A stretch of 46,076 bases of DNA, from the NCBI GenBank assembly GCA_035620395.1, contig DASPGW010000043.1:1-46076 (forward strand), written 5' to 3'. Within the stretch, counting starts at the first letter, position 1; the number at the start of each line of letters is the position of its first letter. Origin of the DNA: Desulfuromonadales bacterium (GTDB lineage Bacteria > Desulfobacterota > Desulfuromonadia > Desulfuromonadales > DASPGW01). This document shows positions 8,628-17,601 of this stretch, in pieces. The notes under the pieces are model-generated. The model ran no database searches and was not told where the DNA came from. It worked only from the letters and a program-made list of their open reading frames with translations. Made by a program: the position numbers and the translations under genes.

Positions 8628-11030
8628 ATGGCGCGCAAAGATCTCATCCTGTGGTTCGACCAGATCGGCATGAAGGATGTCCTCCGGGTGGGCGGCAAGA
8701 ACGCCTCGCTGGGGGAGATGGTCCGCAGCCTCTCGCCCGCGGGGGTGAGAATCCCCGATGGCTTCGCGGTGACTGCCGATGCCTACCGTTTCTTCATCGC
8801 AGCGGCCGGGCTTGAGCCGAAGTTGCGGGAGCTGCTCGGCAAGCTCGACACGGAGACGATGGACAATCTATCCGCCATCGGCCGCCGGGCGCGCCGATTG
8901 CTGCGCTCCGCCCCGCTTCCCGACGCTCTGGAGGAGGCGATCCGCCAGGCCTATCGACAGCTTGAGGCAAAGTACGGGGAGGAGTGTGACGTGGCGGTGC
9001 GCTCCAGCGCCACCGCCGAAGATCTGCCGGAGGCCTCCTTTGCCGGCCAGCAGGAGAGCTACCTGAATATCCGCGGCGAGGAGGAGCTGCTCGAGGCAGT
9101 TCGGCGCTGCTTCGCTTCGCTCTTCACCAACCGGGCCATCTCCTACCGTCACGATCAGGGGTTCGGCCATTTCGAGGTGGCCCTTTCGGTCGGTGTGCAG
9201 AAGATGGTGCGCGCCGACAAGGGATGTGCCGGGGTGCTGTTCACCATCGACACCGAATCGGGTTTTCCCGACGTGGTGCTGATCAACGCCGCCTGGGGGC
9301 TCGGCGAAAACGTGGTGCGCGGGGCGGTCAATCCCGACGAATACTACGTCTTCAAACCGACCCTCAAGAAAGGGTGCCGGCCGATTATCGGCAAGAACCT
9401 GGGGAGCAAGGAGAAGAAGATCGTCTACACCGAGGAGGGGGGCAAAGGAACCACCCGGGAGGTGGAGGTTGCCGCCGAGGACCGGCGGCGCTTCTGTCTG
9501 GCGGATGCAGAGGTTCTCGAACTGGCGCGCCTCGCCTGCACCATCGAGGACCACTACGGCCGGCCGATGGACATCGAGTGGGGGCGCGACGGCGAGACCG
9601 GCGAGCTCTACATTCTCCAGGCGCGGCCGGAGACCGTCCAGTCGCTGCGGCAAAAGAGCACGCTGGAGAGCTACCGGCTGCAAGGGGAGGGGGAGGTTCT
9701 GGCCCGCGGCAAGAGCGTCGGCAGCAAGATCGGCGCCGGACGCGCCATGGTGATCAGGGACGCGCACCAGATCGAACGCTTCGAGAAGGGGTGCGTCCTG
9801 GTCACCGGCATGACCGACCCGGACTGGGAGCCGGTGATGAAGAAGGCGGCCGCCATCGTCACCAACCGCGGCGGCCGCACCTGCCATGCCGCCATCGTCA
9901 GCCGCGAGTTGGGGATCCCCTGCGTCATCGGCACCGGCGACGGGACGGAGAAAATTCCGGACGGCGGCGAAGTGACCGTCTCCTGCGCGCAGGGAGAGTC
10001 GGGTCTCGTCTACCGCGGGCGTCTCGAGTACGCGGTGGAGAGAACCGATCTCGCCGAACTGGCGCGGCCCCGCACCGCCATCATGATGAACCTCGGCGAC
10101 CCGGGGCAGGCCTTTGCCCTCTCCCGCATCCCCAACGACGGGGTCGGTCTCGCCCGTCTCGAGTTCATCATCAACACCGCCATCCAGGCGCATCCGCTCG
10201 CCCTGCTGCATCCGGAGCGGGTCGAGGAGAACACGGTGCGGCGGCGTCTGGCCGAGCTGACCGCCGGTTATGCGGACGGCGGCGCGTTCTTCGTCGACCG
10301 GCTGGCCCGGGGGGTGGCGACCATCGCCGCCGCCTTCTTTCCCCGCGACGTGATCGTGCGGATGAGTGACTTCAAGACCAACGAGTACGCAGGCCTGCTC
10401 GGCGGGTCGGCCTTCGAACCGGCCGAGGCCAACCCGATGATCGGTTTCCGCGGCGCCTCCCGCTACTACGACGAGCGCTACCGGGAGGGGTTCCTGCTCG
10501 AATGCGCCGCGATGCGCCAGGTGCGTGAGGAGATGGGGCTGACCAACGTCAAGCTGATGATCCCCTTCTGCCGCACGGTGGAGGAGGGAAAGAAGGTGCT
10601 GGCGGTGATGGCGGAGGCAGGGCTCAAGCGGGGCAGGGACGGCCTCGAGGTCTACGTCATGTGCGAGATCCCGTCCAACGTCATCCTTGCCGAGGAGTTC
10701 GCGGAAATTTTCGACGGCTTCTCCATCGGCTCCAACGACCTCACCCAGCTCATTCTCGGCCTCGACCGGGATTCGGAGATCGTCGCCCATCTCTACGACG
10801 AGCGCAACACCGCGGTGAAGCGCATGGTCGCCGATGGCATCGCCCGGGTGAAGCAGGCCGGGCGCAAGATCGGCATCTGCGGCCAGGCGCCCAGCGATTA
10901 TCCCGAGTTCGCCGAATTTCTCGTCGAGTGCGGCATCGACAGCATCTCCCTCAATCCCGACACGGTCCTGCCGACCACCCTGCGGATCCTGGAGGTAGAG
11001 AAGAAGCTGGCGGCAAAGACCGGTCTCTGA
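8628..11030 (+). CDS. ppsA: phosphoenolpyruvate synthase (pyruvate, water dikinase)
   Basis: ORF track 8526..11030. I moved the start to ATG 8628 (MARKDLILWF) after GGAGG. The N-terminal ATP-grasp has VGGKNASLGEM. The swivel His motif is GGRTCHAAIVSRELGIPCV. The C-terminal PEP/pyruvate domain has GICGQAPSD. Confidence 0.93.
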   Translation: MARKDLILWFDQIGMKDVLRVGGKNASLGEMVRSLSPAGVRIPDGFAVTADAYRFFIAAAGLEPKLRELLGKLDTETMDNLSAIGRRARRLLRSAPLPDALEEAIRQAYRQLEAKYGEECDVAVRSSATAEDLPEASFAGQQESYLNIRGEEELLEAVRRCFASLFTNRAISYRHDQGFGHFEVALSVGVQKMVRADKGCAGVLFTIDTESGFPDVVLINAAWGLGENVVRGAVNPDEYYVFKPTLKKGCRPIIGKNLGSKEKKIVYTEEGGKGTTREVEVAAEDRRRFCLADAEVLELARLACTIEDHYGRPMDIEWGRDGETGELYILQARPETVQSLRQKSTLESYRLQGEGEVLARGKSVGSKIGAGRAMVIRDAHQIERFEKGCVLVTGMTDPDWEPVMKKAAAIVTNRGGRTCHAAIVSRELGIPCVIGTGDGTEKIPDGGEVTVSCAQGESGLVYRGRLEYAVERTDLAELARPRTAIMMNLGDPGQAFALSRIPNDGVGLARLEFIINTAIQAHPLALLHPERVEENTVRRRLAELTAGYADGGAFFVDRLARGVATIAAAFFPRDVIVRMSDFKTNEYAGLLGGSAFEPAEANPMIGFRGASRYYDERYREGFLLECAAMRQVREEMGLTNVKLMIPFCRTVEEGKKVLAVMAEAGLKRGRDGLEVYVMCEIPSNVILAEEFAEIFDGFSIGSNDLTQLILGLDRDSEIVAHLYDERNTAVKRMVADGIARVKQAGRKIGICGQAPSDYPEFAEFLVECGIDSISLNPDTVLPTTLRILEVEKKLAAKTGL

Positions 11031-11092
11031 ACGAAAATGTGATAAAATTCAATTGTCTGCAATCCGCAGGCCGCTCTTCAGGCCGATTGCCT

Positions 11093-14077
11093 ATGACCCG
11101 GATTCTGCTTTCAGCTTTCATGGCGTTTCTGCTCTGCCTCGGGTGTACGGCAAGGGTTTTCGGGAAAAGCCTGCCGACCCTGAGTCACGCCTCGGCCGCT
11201 CCGGCCGGGACGCCCTCCGCCCATCCCGAATCCCTGCCCCCTCCCGAGATTCTGCGTCAGTGGATCGCCCAGATGAAAGAGGCCCCACGGGGCCCTTTCC
11301 AGCGCCTCCGCTGGTTCTGTAAGGATGGCACCATTTTCCCCCCCCAACCCTACGCCTGCCAGGATCACGGCGGGGGGGTACAGCACGGCGAATGGAGCGA
11401 TCGGGTCAAGCTGCTGCGCTCCCACGGGTACCGGATCGCCAATGTGCTTGCCGCTGTCGATCCGGCCTCTTTCAGGAAAGACTCCGATTGGCTGCCGACC
11501 CTCAAGCAGATGCTTCTCGAGCAGTTTCTCATCGAAGCCGACGACGGCTGGATCTATCGTCAGGCCCGTTATTACCCGGGGGCTCTCCAGACCGAAAATG
11601 AAAATGCTTACGGGCGGGCGCTGCTTCTGGATCTGTTGACCGACCGCCGCATGCACAACGAAAATTTCCTGGTGATGCGGGAGGCTGTGCGCCTGCTTCC
11701 GCACGGTCGTCGGGGAGTCCCCCTCATAGAGATGCGTCAATTGGCCCGGACCATCGAGGACAAGGATCCGAATTTCACCCCATTGCGGGTCAAACTCCAT
11801 GTCCGTCCCGATTCGGGGGACGCCGGCCGCGTCCGGACTTATGCCGCCGGCAAGGGGAAGCCCGCTCTGGCCGGGGAGTACTATAATCTGGCCGCGGTCA
11901 TCGACGAGGTCTACACCTCCCGGAATATCGTGGAGGGGTTGCACCAGGCGGCTTCCCGGAGTAGAGACGCCGGTCTGGCCCGGTCGCTCAAACAGGCTGC
12001 GGCTTTGCTGGCGGTGGAGCTGGACCCGGTCCGCCGTTTTGCCACGGTCGCCGCGGCAATGTTCGAAATTCGCCAGACCTTTTCCCGGCCCGGCAGCGCC
12101 ACGCGGATGCTGGAGCTGCTGGATCTCAGCCTCGATCTCGAGCAGGAAGCCTTCCAGCTCGGCAACCAGTGGCTCGACCGCCTGGCCGAGACCGACCGCC
12201 GGGGGCGCCTGGACTGGCTGCAGGGCAGTTCCCGGGTCATTTACGGGATGGGCCTGATTTCCCGGCGGGAGCTCGACGCGCTGGGGGAGAGTTTCCGCCA
12301 GCTTGAAGCCGCCCCGCTGGCGGCCGGCACCTATAAGGCCGAACTCGATTATCTGGCACGAATCTCCGAATGGGCAGAGAATACCCTGCATTTTCACTTC
12401 CAGCAGTCGATCGACCATCTGGCCACCCTCGATCCGCTGTTCGAGCGGTATATCCCCGACCGGCTCCGGGGCAGCCCTCTGGTCTGCCTGATCAGCGTGC
12501 TCGACAGCCTGAGGCTGGATGCCGGCAGGCTGGTCGGCATCCGTCACCAGGTGTTCGGTTCCCCGGTGAGCAGCGGGCTGCGCGCCCTCAACCCCGGGCT
12601 GGCCCGCGGCACACTGCGCTTCTATCGCCCGGAGGCCGGGTGGGAGCGGGAGGCGATCTACCTGCTGCCGGAAACCCTGGCCGAGCTTCCCCCGCTGGCG
12701 GGCATGCTGACCGAGGGGAGAGGCAATGCCCTCTCCCACGTGCAACTGCTGGCCCGCAACCTGGGGATTCCCAATGTCGCCGTCGAGCACCAGCTGGCGG
12801 CGAAGCTGAGGTCCCGGGAGGGGCAGCCGGTGGTCCTGGCGGCCAGCCCCGCCGGGGTGGTCGAACTGGCCGAAGACGGCCGCCGCTGGGATCAAATCTT
12901 TCAGGGTGAACAAGCCTCCGCCGATCTGCTCATCCATCCCGACCTGGCAAAGCTCGATCTGGCCACCCGCGATTTTCTCCCGCTGCGGGACCTCCGGGCG
13001 GCCGCTTCGGGGCGGATCGTCGGGCCCAAGGCGGCCAATCTCGGCGAGCTGAAAAGCCTCTACCCCGACCTGGTGACCGAGGGCCTGGCCATCCCCTTCG
13101 GGCTTTTCCGCCAGCATCTGGAGCAGCCCATCGAGCCCGGCGGCCCGACAGCGTTCCAGTGGATGCAGGAGCAATACGCGGCGCTCCGGCGGATCGAGGA
13201 CCCCCGGGCTCGAGCCTTGGGGGAGACGGGTTTTCTCCATAGTCTGCGGGAGTGGATCATCACCAGCGATCCGGGCCGGAAATTCACCGGCAACCTGCGG
13301 GCGGCCATGGCCCGAACCTTCGGGCCGGAGGGGAGCTACGGCGTTTTCGTCCGCAGCGACACCAACGTGGAAGACCTGCCGGGGTTCTCCGGAGCCGGCC
13401 TGAATCTGACCGTGCCGCACGTGGTCGGCTTCGAAAACGTCCTGCGGGCCATCCTCCAGGTGTGGGCCTCCCCCTTCACCGAGCGGGCCTACGCCTGGCG
13501 TCAGGGACATATGGAGCAGCCCGAGCAGGTCTACGTATCGGTTCTGCTGATGCGAAGCGTTCCGGCGGAAAAGTCGGGGGTCATGGTCACTGCCGACATC
13601 GAGACGGGGAATCGGGACTGGGTGACCGTGGCGGTGAACGAGGGGGTGGGCGGCGCCGTAGAGGGGCAGCGGGCCGAGGAACTCCTGATCGACCGGCGCA
13701 GCGGCCGGGTCCGTCTGCTGGCCCAGGCTGCCGAACCGCTCAAACGGGTTCTGCGTCCCGGGGGCGGCGTCGGCAAGGTCCCCGCCAGCGGGGTGGAGAG
13801 CATTTTATCCAGCGAGGAAATCCGGACCCTGGTACAGATGGCCGACAGTCTCCCCGGGCGTTTCCCGAGCCAGGTCGATGCCGGCGGAAAATCGGCGCCG
13901 GCGGACATCGAATTCGGTTTTGTCGACAACCGCTTCGTCCTGTTCCAGATCCGCCCCTTCCTGGAAAGTTCCCGGGCCCGCCGCAGCCTTTATCTGCAGC
14001 GGCTCGACGCGCAGATGGAAGGAGCCGGCGCCCGCACCGTCGATCTGGAAGAAATTCCCCGGGAGGGCGGGTCATGA
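11093..14077 (+). CDS. secreted PEP-utilising-family dikinase-like protein with permuted (GWD-like) domain order
   Basis: The ORF-track frame opens at 10661, inside ppsA. The first plausible start is ATG 11093 (MTRILLSAFMAFLLCLGCTARVFG, a signal peptide). About 500 aa of the N-terminal region carry no motif I recognise. The phospho-His swivel domain has GRGNALSHVQLLARNLGIPNV (His codon 12737-12739). The C-terminal PPDK_N/ATP-grasp domain has GPKAANLGEL, VFVRSDTNVEDLPGFSGAGL, EKSGVMVTAD and DIEFGFVDNRFVLFQIRP. No PEP/pyruvate TIM-barrel domain is present. Confidence 0.8.
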   Translation: MTRILLSAFMAFLLCLGCTARVFGKSLPTLSHASAAPAGTPSAHPESLPPPEILRQWIAQMKEAPRGPFQRLRWFCKDGTIFPPQPYACQDHGGGVQHGEWSDRVKLLRSHGYRIANVLAAVDPASFRKDSDWLPTLKQMLLEQFLIEADDGWIYRQARYYPGALQTENENAYGRALLLDLLTDRRMHNENFLVMREAVRLLPHGRRGVPLIEMRQLARTIEDKDPNFTPLRVKLHVRPDSGDAGRVRTYAAGKGKPALAGEYYNLAAVIDEVYTSRNIVEGLHQAASRSRDAGLARSLKQAAALLAVELDPVRRFATVAAAMFEIRQTFSRPGSATRMLELLDLSLDLEQEAFQLGNQWLDRLAETDRRGRLDWLQGSSRVIYGMGLISRRELDALGESFRQLEAAPLAAGTYKAELDYLARISEWAENTLHFHFQQSIDHLATLDPLFERYIPDRLRGSPLVCLISVLDSLRLDAGRLVGIRHQVFGSPVSSGLRALNPGLARGTLRFYRPEAGWEREAIYLLPETLAELPPLAGMLTEGRGNALSHVQLLARNLGIPNVAVEHQLAAKLRSREGQPVVLAASPAGVVELAEDGRRWDQIFQGEQASADLLIHPDLAKLDLATRDFLPLRDLRAAASGRIVGPKAANLGELKSLYPDLVTEGLAIPFGLFRQHLEQPIEPGGPTAFQWMQEQYAALRRIEDPRARALGETGFLHSLREWIITSDPGRKFTGNLRAAMARTFGPEGSYGVFVRSDTNVEDLPGFSGAGLNLTVPHVVGFENVLRAILQVWASPFTERAYAWRQGHMEQPEQVYVSVLLMRSVPAEKSGVMVTADIETGNRDWVTVAVNEGVGGAVEGQRAEELLIDRRSGRVRLLAQAAEPLKRVLRPGGGVGKVPASGVESILSSEEIRTLVQMADSLPGRFPSQVDAGGKSAPADIEFGFVDNRFVLFQIRPFLESSRARRSLYLQRLDAQMEGAGARTVDLEEIPREGGS

Positions 14078-15327
14078 AACGGCGGCTGGCGTTCCTGGGA
14101 ATTCTGGTGTTTTTGCTCGCCGCCTGGCCAGCATGGTCCTACCCGGTCGACGGGGAAGATTACACCGGCATTTCCCGTCTGGAAGGATACCGCCGCGCGC
14201 AGCAGCGGCTCCTGCCCAAGGGGGCGCGGCTCCCCCTGAAGGAAGTCGACCTGCGCCTGACGGACCGGCGGGATTTGGCGCTCCCCCCCAGCGACCCGGA
14301 ATTCAGCCGCCAGATCCTCCGCCTGCTGGGGGAGGAGGCCGACCGCTACGCCATTGCCGTGCTCGACCTTTCCGACCCGGACCAGCCCCGCTATGCCGAG
14401 CATCGGGGGGAAGTCAACCACAATCCCGGCAGCGTCGGCAAGCTGGTCATTGCCCTGGGGGTTTTCCAGGCACTGGCCGACCTTTACCCGGATGACATCG
14501 CCGCCCGGGAACGGGTGCTCCGGCAGACGATGGTGACCGCCGACGCTTTTATCCTCTCCGATCATCACAAGGTCCCCTTCTGGAACCCTGCCGAGCAGCG
14601 CATCAACTCCCGGCCCCTGCAGGTCGGCGATCGGGCCAGCCTCTGGGCCTGTCTCGACTGGATGCTCTCGGCCAGTTCCAACGCGGCGGCGAGCATGGTG
14701 TTGAAGGAGCTGCTGCTGCTGAACCACTTTGGCCGGGACTATCCGGTCGGCAAGACCAGGGAAGAAAAGTTCTGGCGGGAAACGGGCAAGCGGGAGCTTT
14801 CCGCGCTCCTCACCCGCAGCCTGCAGGATCCCGTTTCCCACAACGGCCTGGACCTCGACCAACTGCGGCAGGGAGGCTTCTTTACCTGGAAGGGGAAACA
14901 ACTGGTCCCCGGAACCAGCAGCCGCGCCTCGCCGAGGATGCTGATGGAGTATCTGGTGCGGCTGGAGCAGGGGAGGCTGGTGGACGAGTTCTCCAGCCGC
15001 GAAATCAAGCGGCTGCTCTACATGACCCAGCGCCGGATCCGTTATGCCTCAAGTCCGGCGCTGGCCGAGGCGGCAGTCTACTTCAAGTCGGGATCGTTGT
15101 ACCGGTGCAAGCCGGAGCCGGGCTTCGTCTGCCGAAAATACCAGGGCAACGTCGAGAACCTGTTGAATTCGGTGGCGATCGTCGAACACCCCGCGGGCGA
15201 GCGGCGGCTGCATTATCTGGTGGTGGTGATGTCGAACGTGTTGAGGAAGAATTCGGCGGTGGAGCACCAGAGCCTGGCGACCCGGGTGCACCGCCTCATC
15301 GAGGTCAGCCGCGGGGACGGCAGATGA
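14074..15327 (+). CDS. secreted class-A beta-lactamase-fold serine hydrolase
   Basis: ATG 14074 overlaps the upstream TGA (ATGA). The signal peptide is MKRRLAFLGILVFLLAAWPAWS. Motifs present are SxxK (SVGK), SxN (MLSASSNAAA) and KSG (YFKSGSL). Confidence 0.75.
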   Translation: MKRRLAFLGILVFLLAAWPAWSYPVDGEDYTGISRLEGYRRAQQRLLPKGARLPLKEVDLRLTDRRDLALPPSDPEFSRQILRLLGEEADRYAIAVLDLSDPDQPRYAEHRGEVNHNPGSVGKLVIALGVFQALADLYPDDIAARERVLRQTMVTADAFILSDHHKVPFWNPAEQRINSRPLQVGDRASLWACLDWMLSASSNAAASMVLKELLLLNHFGRDYPVGKTREEKFWRETGKRELSALLTRSLQDPVSHNGLDLDQLRQGGFFTWKGKQLVPGTSSRASPRMLMEYLVRLEQGRLVDEFSSREIKRLLYMTQRRIRYASSPALAEAAVYFKSGSLYRCKPEPGFVCRKYQGNVENLLNSVAIVEHPAGERRLHYLVVVMSNVLRKNSAVEHQSLATRVHRLIEVSRGDGR

Positions 15328-16183
15328 GATTGTCGAGGGAGACGATGAGCTTGCTGAGCCATTGCCCGCCGTCCGGGTCTTTGGCCAGGGCGACGGCGAT
15401 GTAGCGGTGCCCGTCGTGTTCGATGATGCCGCTGTCGGCGTGAAAATTTTGCCAGGTCCCGGATTTGCGGTAGATCTTCGCAGCACGCCCGGCCTGCTCG
15501 AGCCCCTTGACGAACTTGTGGTGAATGGCCGGCTGGCCGAGAATTTCCTTCATTTCCCGGCTCATTTCGGGGGAAACCAGGCGACCGGTTTCGAGCAGGT
15601 AGTAAAACCGGGCGACCTGGAAGGCGGTGGCGCCATGGGAGAGGTTGTGCAGCGGGTCGCGTTTCCAGGCGGAGGCCTTGCCGTAGTCCTTGCCGACCCA
15701 GAGCCCGCCGTTCATTTCGGGGTCGTAGAGGCGGTAGCGGGGCGATTCCAGGAGGCGGGCCAGGTAGTCCTTGCCGACCAGGTTCAGCATTTCGGTGGCG
15801 GCCTGGTTGGAGGAGTTGCGGATCATCCGGGTCAGCTTCTCCCGGAGGGCGCCGGTCAGGGTCAGCTCCCCCTTCTCGATCCGGTCGAAAGCTCCGAACA
15901 GGATGGCGATTTTCGGCAGGCTGGCGGCATACATCATCCTGTCGCCGTTGACCGACGCCAGGCGCGGCGACTCGGGATCGGTGATGTCGACCAGCGCTAC
16001 GCAGAGGGATTTGTTGCGGACGGCCTGGTCCAGCTTGAGGGCTGCCAGAGAATCTTCCAGCCCCTGCTGCAGAACCTGGTCGGCACAGGCCTCCAGAGGC
16101 GGCAGCGGGGCCTGGGCCCGAGCCGGCAGGATCGAGAAAACGAGCAGAATCACCAGCAGGATACGCAGCATCGGAAAAATCAT
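15305..16183 (-). CDS. secreted class-A beta-lactamase-fold serine hydrolase (paralogue, convergent)
   Basis: ORF track 15305..16225. The start is ambiguous: ATG 16183 (MIFPMLRILL) or ATG 16171 (MLRILL). A signal peptide is present. Motifs are SLPK, IRNSSNQAAT (SxN) and IYRKSGTW (KSG). The 3' end overlaps the convergent gene by 23 nt. Confidence 0.75.
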   Translation of the reverse strand: MIFPMLRILLVILLVFSILPARAQAPLPPLEACADQVLQQGLEDSLAALKLDQAVRNKSLCVALVDITDPESPRLASVNGDRMMYAASLPKIAILFGAFDRIEKGELTLTGALREKLTRMIRNSSNQAATEMLNLVGKDYLARLLESPRYRLYDPEMNGGLWVGKDYGKASAWKRDPLHNLSHGATAFQVARFYYLLETGRLVSPEMSREMKEILGQPAIHHKFVKGLEQAGRAAKIYRKSGTWQNFHADSGIIEHDGHRYIAVALAKDPDGGQWLSKLIVSLDNLICRPRG

Positions 16184-16215
16184 AGGGGCGGATTGTACCG
16201 AATTCTCGAGGGAAA

Positions 16216-17490
16216 ATGCAACCAATTGATTTGAAAAAAGAGCCGGAGAAGGGTGCCGCCCGGGAGTCTAATCTCCGCACCTTGCAGGTAAGGGCCTGTT
16301 TTCTTTTCCTGAATTTCCTGCTGATCATCATGGCCCTTTATCAGCTGAAGCCGGCCAGTCGCTCGCTGTTCATCCAGTTTCTGGGCGCGGACCAGCTTCC
16401 CTACGTCTGGATCGGGACGGCTGTGGTCATGGGGGCACTGATTACCTGGTACCATCGGCTGGTCGAGCGGCATGCGCGGGTGCGGGTGGTCTTCGGCAGC
16501 TGTCTTCTGTTCGGCGCGCTGCTGGTTCTTTTCCGGCTGCTCTTCAACCGCCCGCATCCGGCGACGGCCATCGCCTTTTACATTTTTGTCGACATCCTCA
16601 GCGTGGTCCTGGTAGAGCAGTTCTGGAGCCTGACCAACTCCATCTACAGCACGCGGGAAGGCAAGGCCTGGTACGGTTTCATCGGCACCGGTGGCCTTTT
16701 GGGAGGCGTGCTCGGTGGCGGCGCCGGGGTCCTGCTTCTCAAATATACCCCGTTGCAGACGCCGGATCTGCTCCTCGTGGCTGCCGGCAGTATCCTGCTC
16801 ATTATGGCGCTAACCTGGGTAATGGGACGGCTCGGGATCTATCGCGAAGTGGCTAAGCGGGGGCGCCCCACCCGCTTCGAAGGAGGCTGGCGGGCGTTGC
16901 AGCAGAACCGTTACCTGCTGCTGATCGCCGGCATCCTGCTGCTCGCCCAGCTGGTCGACCCCATCGTGGAATACCAGTTCCTGAAAACGGTCGAAGTCCA
17001 TTATGCCGAACTGGAGGCGCGCACCACCTTTCTCTCGGGTTTTTTCGGTGTCCTCGGCATGGTTGCCATCGCCGTCAACCTTGGCCTTACCCCCCTGGTG
17101 CATCGCTATCTTGGCGTGATTGCCGGTCTGTTGATCCAGCCGCTGGCGTTGGGCGCCTGCTCTTTGGGTTTCTTCGCCAACCCCACCCTGCTTTTCGGGG
17201 CGGCAGCCAAGATCAGCGACCGGGGGCTCTCCTATTCCATCAATCGGGCCTCCAAGGAACTGCTCTACGTCCCTACCGACTCGGTGCTGATCTACCAGGC
17301 CAAAGCCTGGATCGATATGTTCGGTTACCGCCTGTTCAAGATCTTCGGGTCCTTTGTCATTCTCATCTTCACCCGGTGGCTTCCCTTTTCCGTCGAGGTT
17401 CCCCAGCTCAGCTGGTTCACCGTCGGCATCTGCGTTCTCTGGGTCGTGCTCATCGTGGCCCTTCGCCGGGACTACGTGAAGTTCGCCTGA
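16216..17490 (+). CDS. polytopic membrane carrier, TLC/Npt-like (ADP/ATP-translocase family) MFS-type
   Basis: About 11-12 hydrophobic segments are visible. The N-terminal LFLNFLLIIMALYQLKPASRSLFIQFLGADQLPYVW resembles the conserved start of COG3202/TLC carriers. Being a membrane transporter is near certain; the family assignment is tentative. Confidence 0.6.
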   Translation: MQPIDLKKEPEKGAARESNLRTLQVRACFLFLNFLLIIMALYQLKPASRSLFIQFLGADQLPYVWIGTAVVMGALITWYHRLVERHARVRVVFGSCLLFGALLVLFRLLFNRPHPATAIAFYIFVDILSVVLVEQFWSLTNSIYSTREGKAWYGFIGTGGLLGGVLGGGAGVLLLKYTPLQTPDLLLVAAGSILLIMALTWVMGRLGIYREVAKRGRPTRFEGGWRALQQNRYLLLIAGILLLAQLVDPIVEYQFLKTVEVHYAELEARTTFLSGFFGVLGMVAIAVNLGLTPLVHRYLGVIAGLLIQPLALGACSLGFFANPTLLFGAAAKISDRGLSYSINRASKELLYVPTDSVLIYQAKAWIDMFGYRLFKIFGSFVILIFTRWLPFSVEVPQLSWFTVGICVLWVVLIVALRRDYVKFA

Positions 17491-17531
17491 AAAGGAGAAC
17501 GGCGCAATCGTTTCTGCCGGGACAAGATTTC

Positions 17532-17559
17532 TTGACAGCCGGAGCTGGATGATTATCCT
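17532..17559 (+). promoter_or_regulatory. candidate promoter of hsp20
   Basis: TTGACA (17532-17537), 16-nt spacer, TATCCT (17554-17559). The -35 sits in the context CTTGACA, which also resembles the sigma-32 -35 element (CTTGAAA), but no CCCCAT-type -10 is present. Confidence 0.35.
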
Positions 17560-17583
17560 TGGAAAATCGTGCCCTTCACCTTG

Positions 17584-17601
17584 TCCGGCAAACGTTTGCC
17601 G
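17584..17601 (+). promoter_or_regulatory. 18-nt perfect palindrome in the hsp20 leader
   Basis: CCGGCAAACGTTTGCCGG lies about 30 nt upstream of the hsp20 start codon, between the candidate promoter and the SD. Confidence 0.4.

Noticed and set aside
10661-11092. The ORF track gives long N-terminal extensions for the dikinase (from 10661) and for the first beta-lactamase-fold gene (from 13252).
   Set aside because: The extensions run through the 3' parts of the preceding genes in another frame and translate to Arg/Pro-rich nonsense. Internal ATGs at 11093 and 14074 give proper signal peptides.
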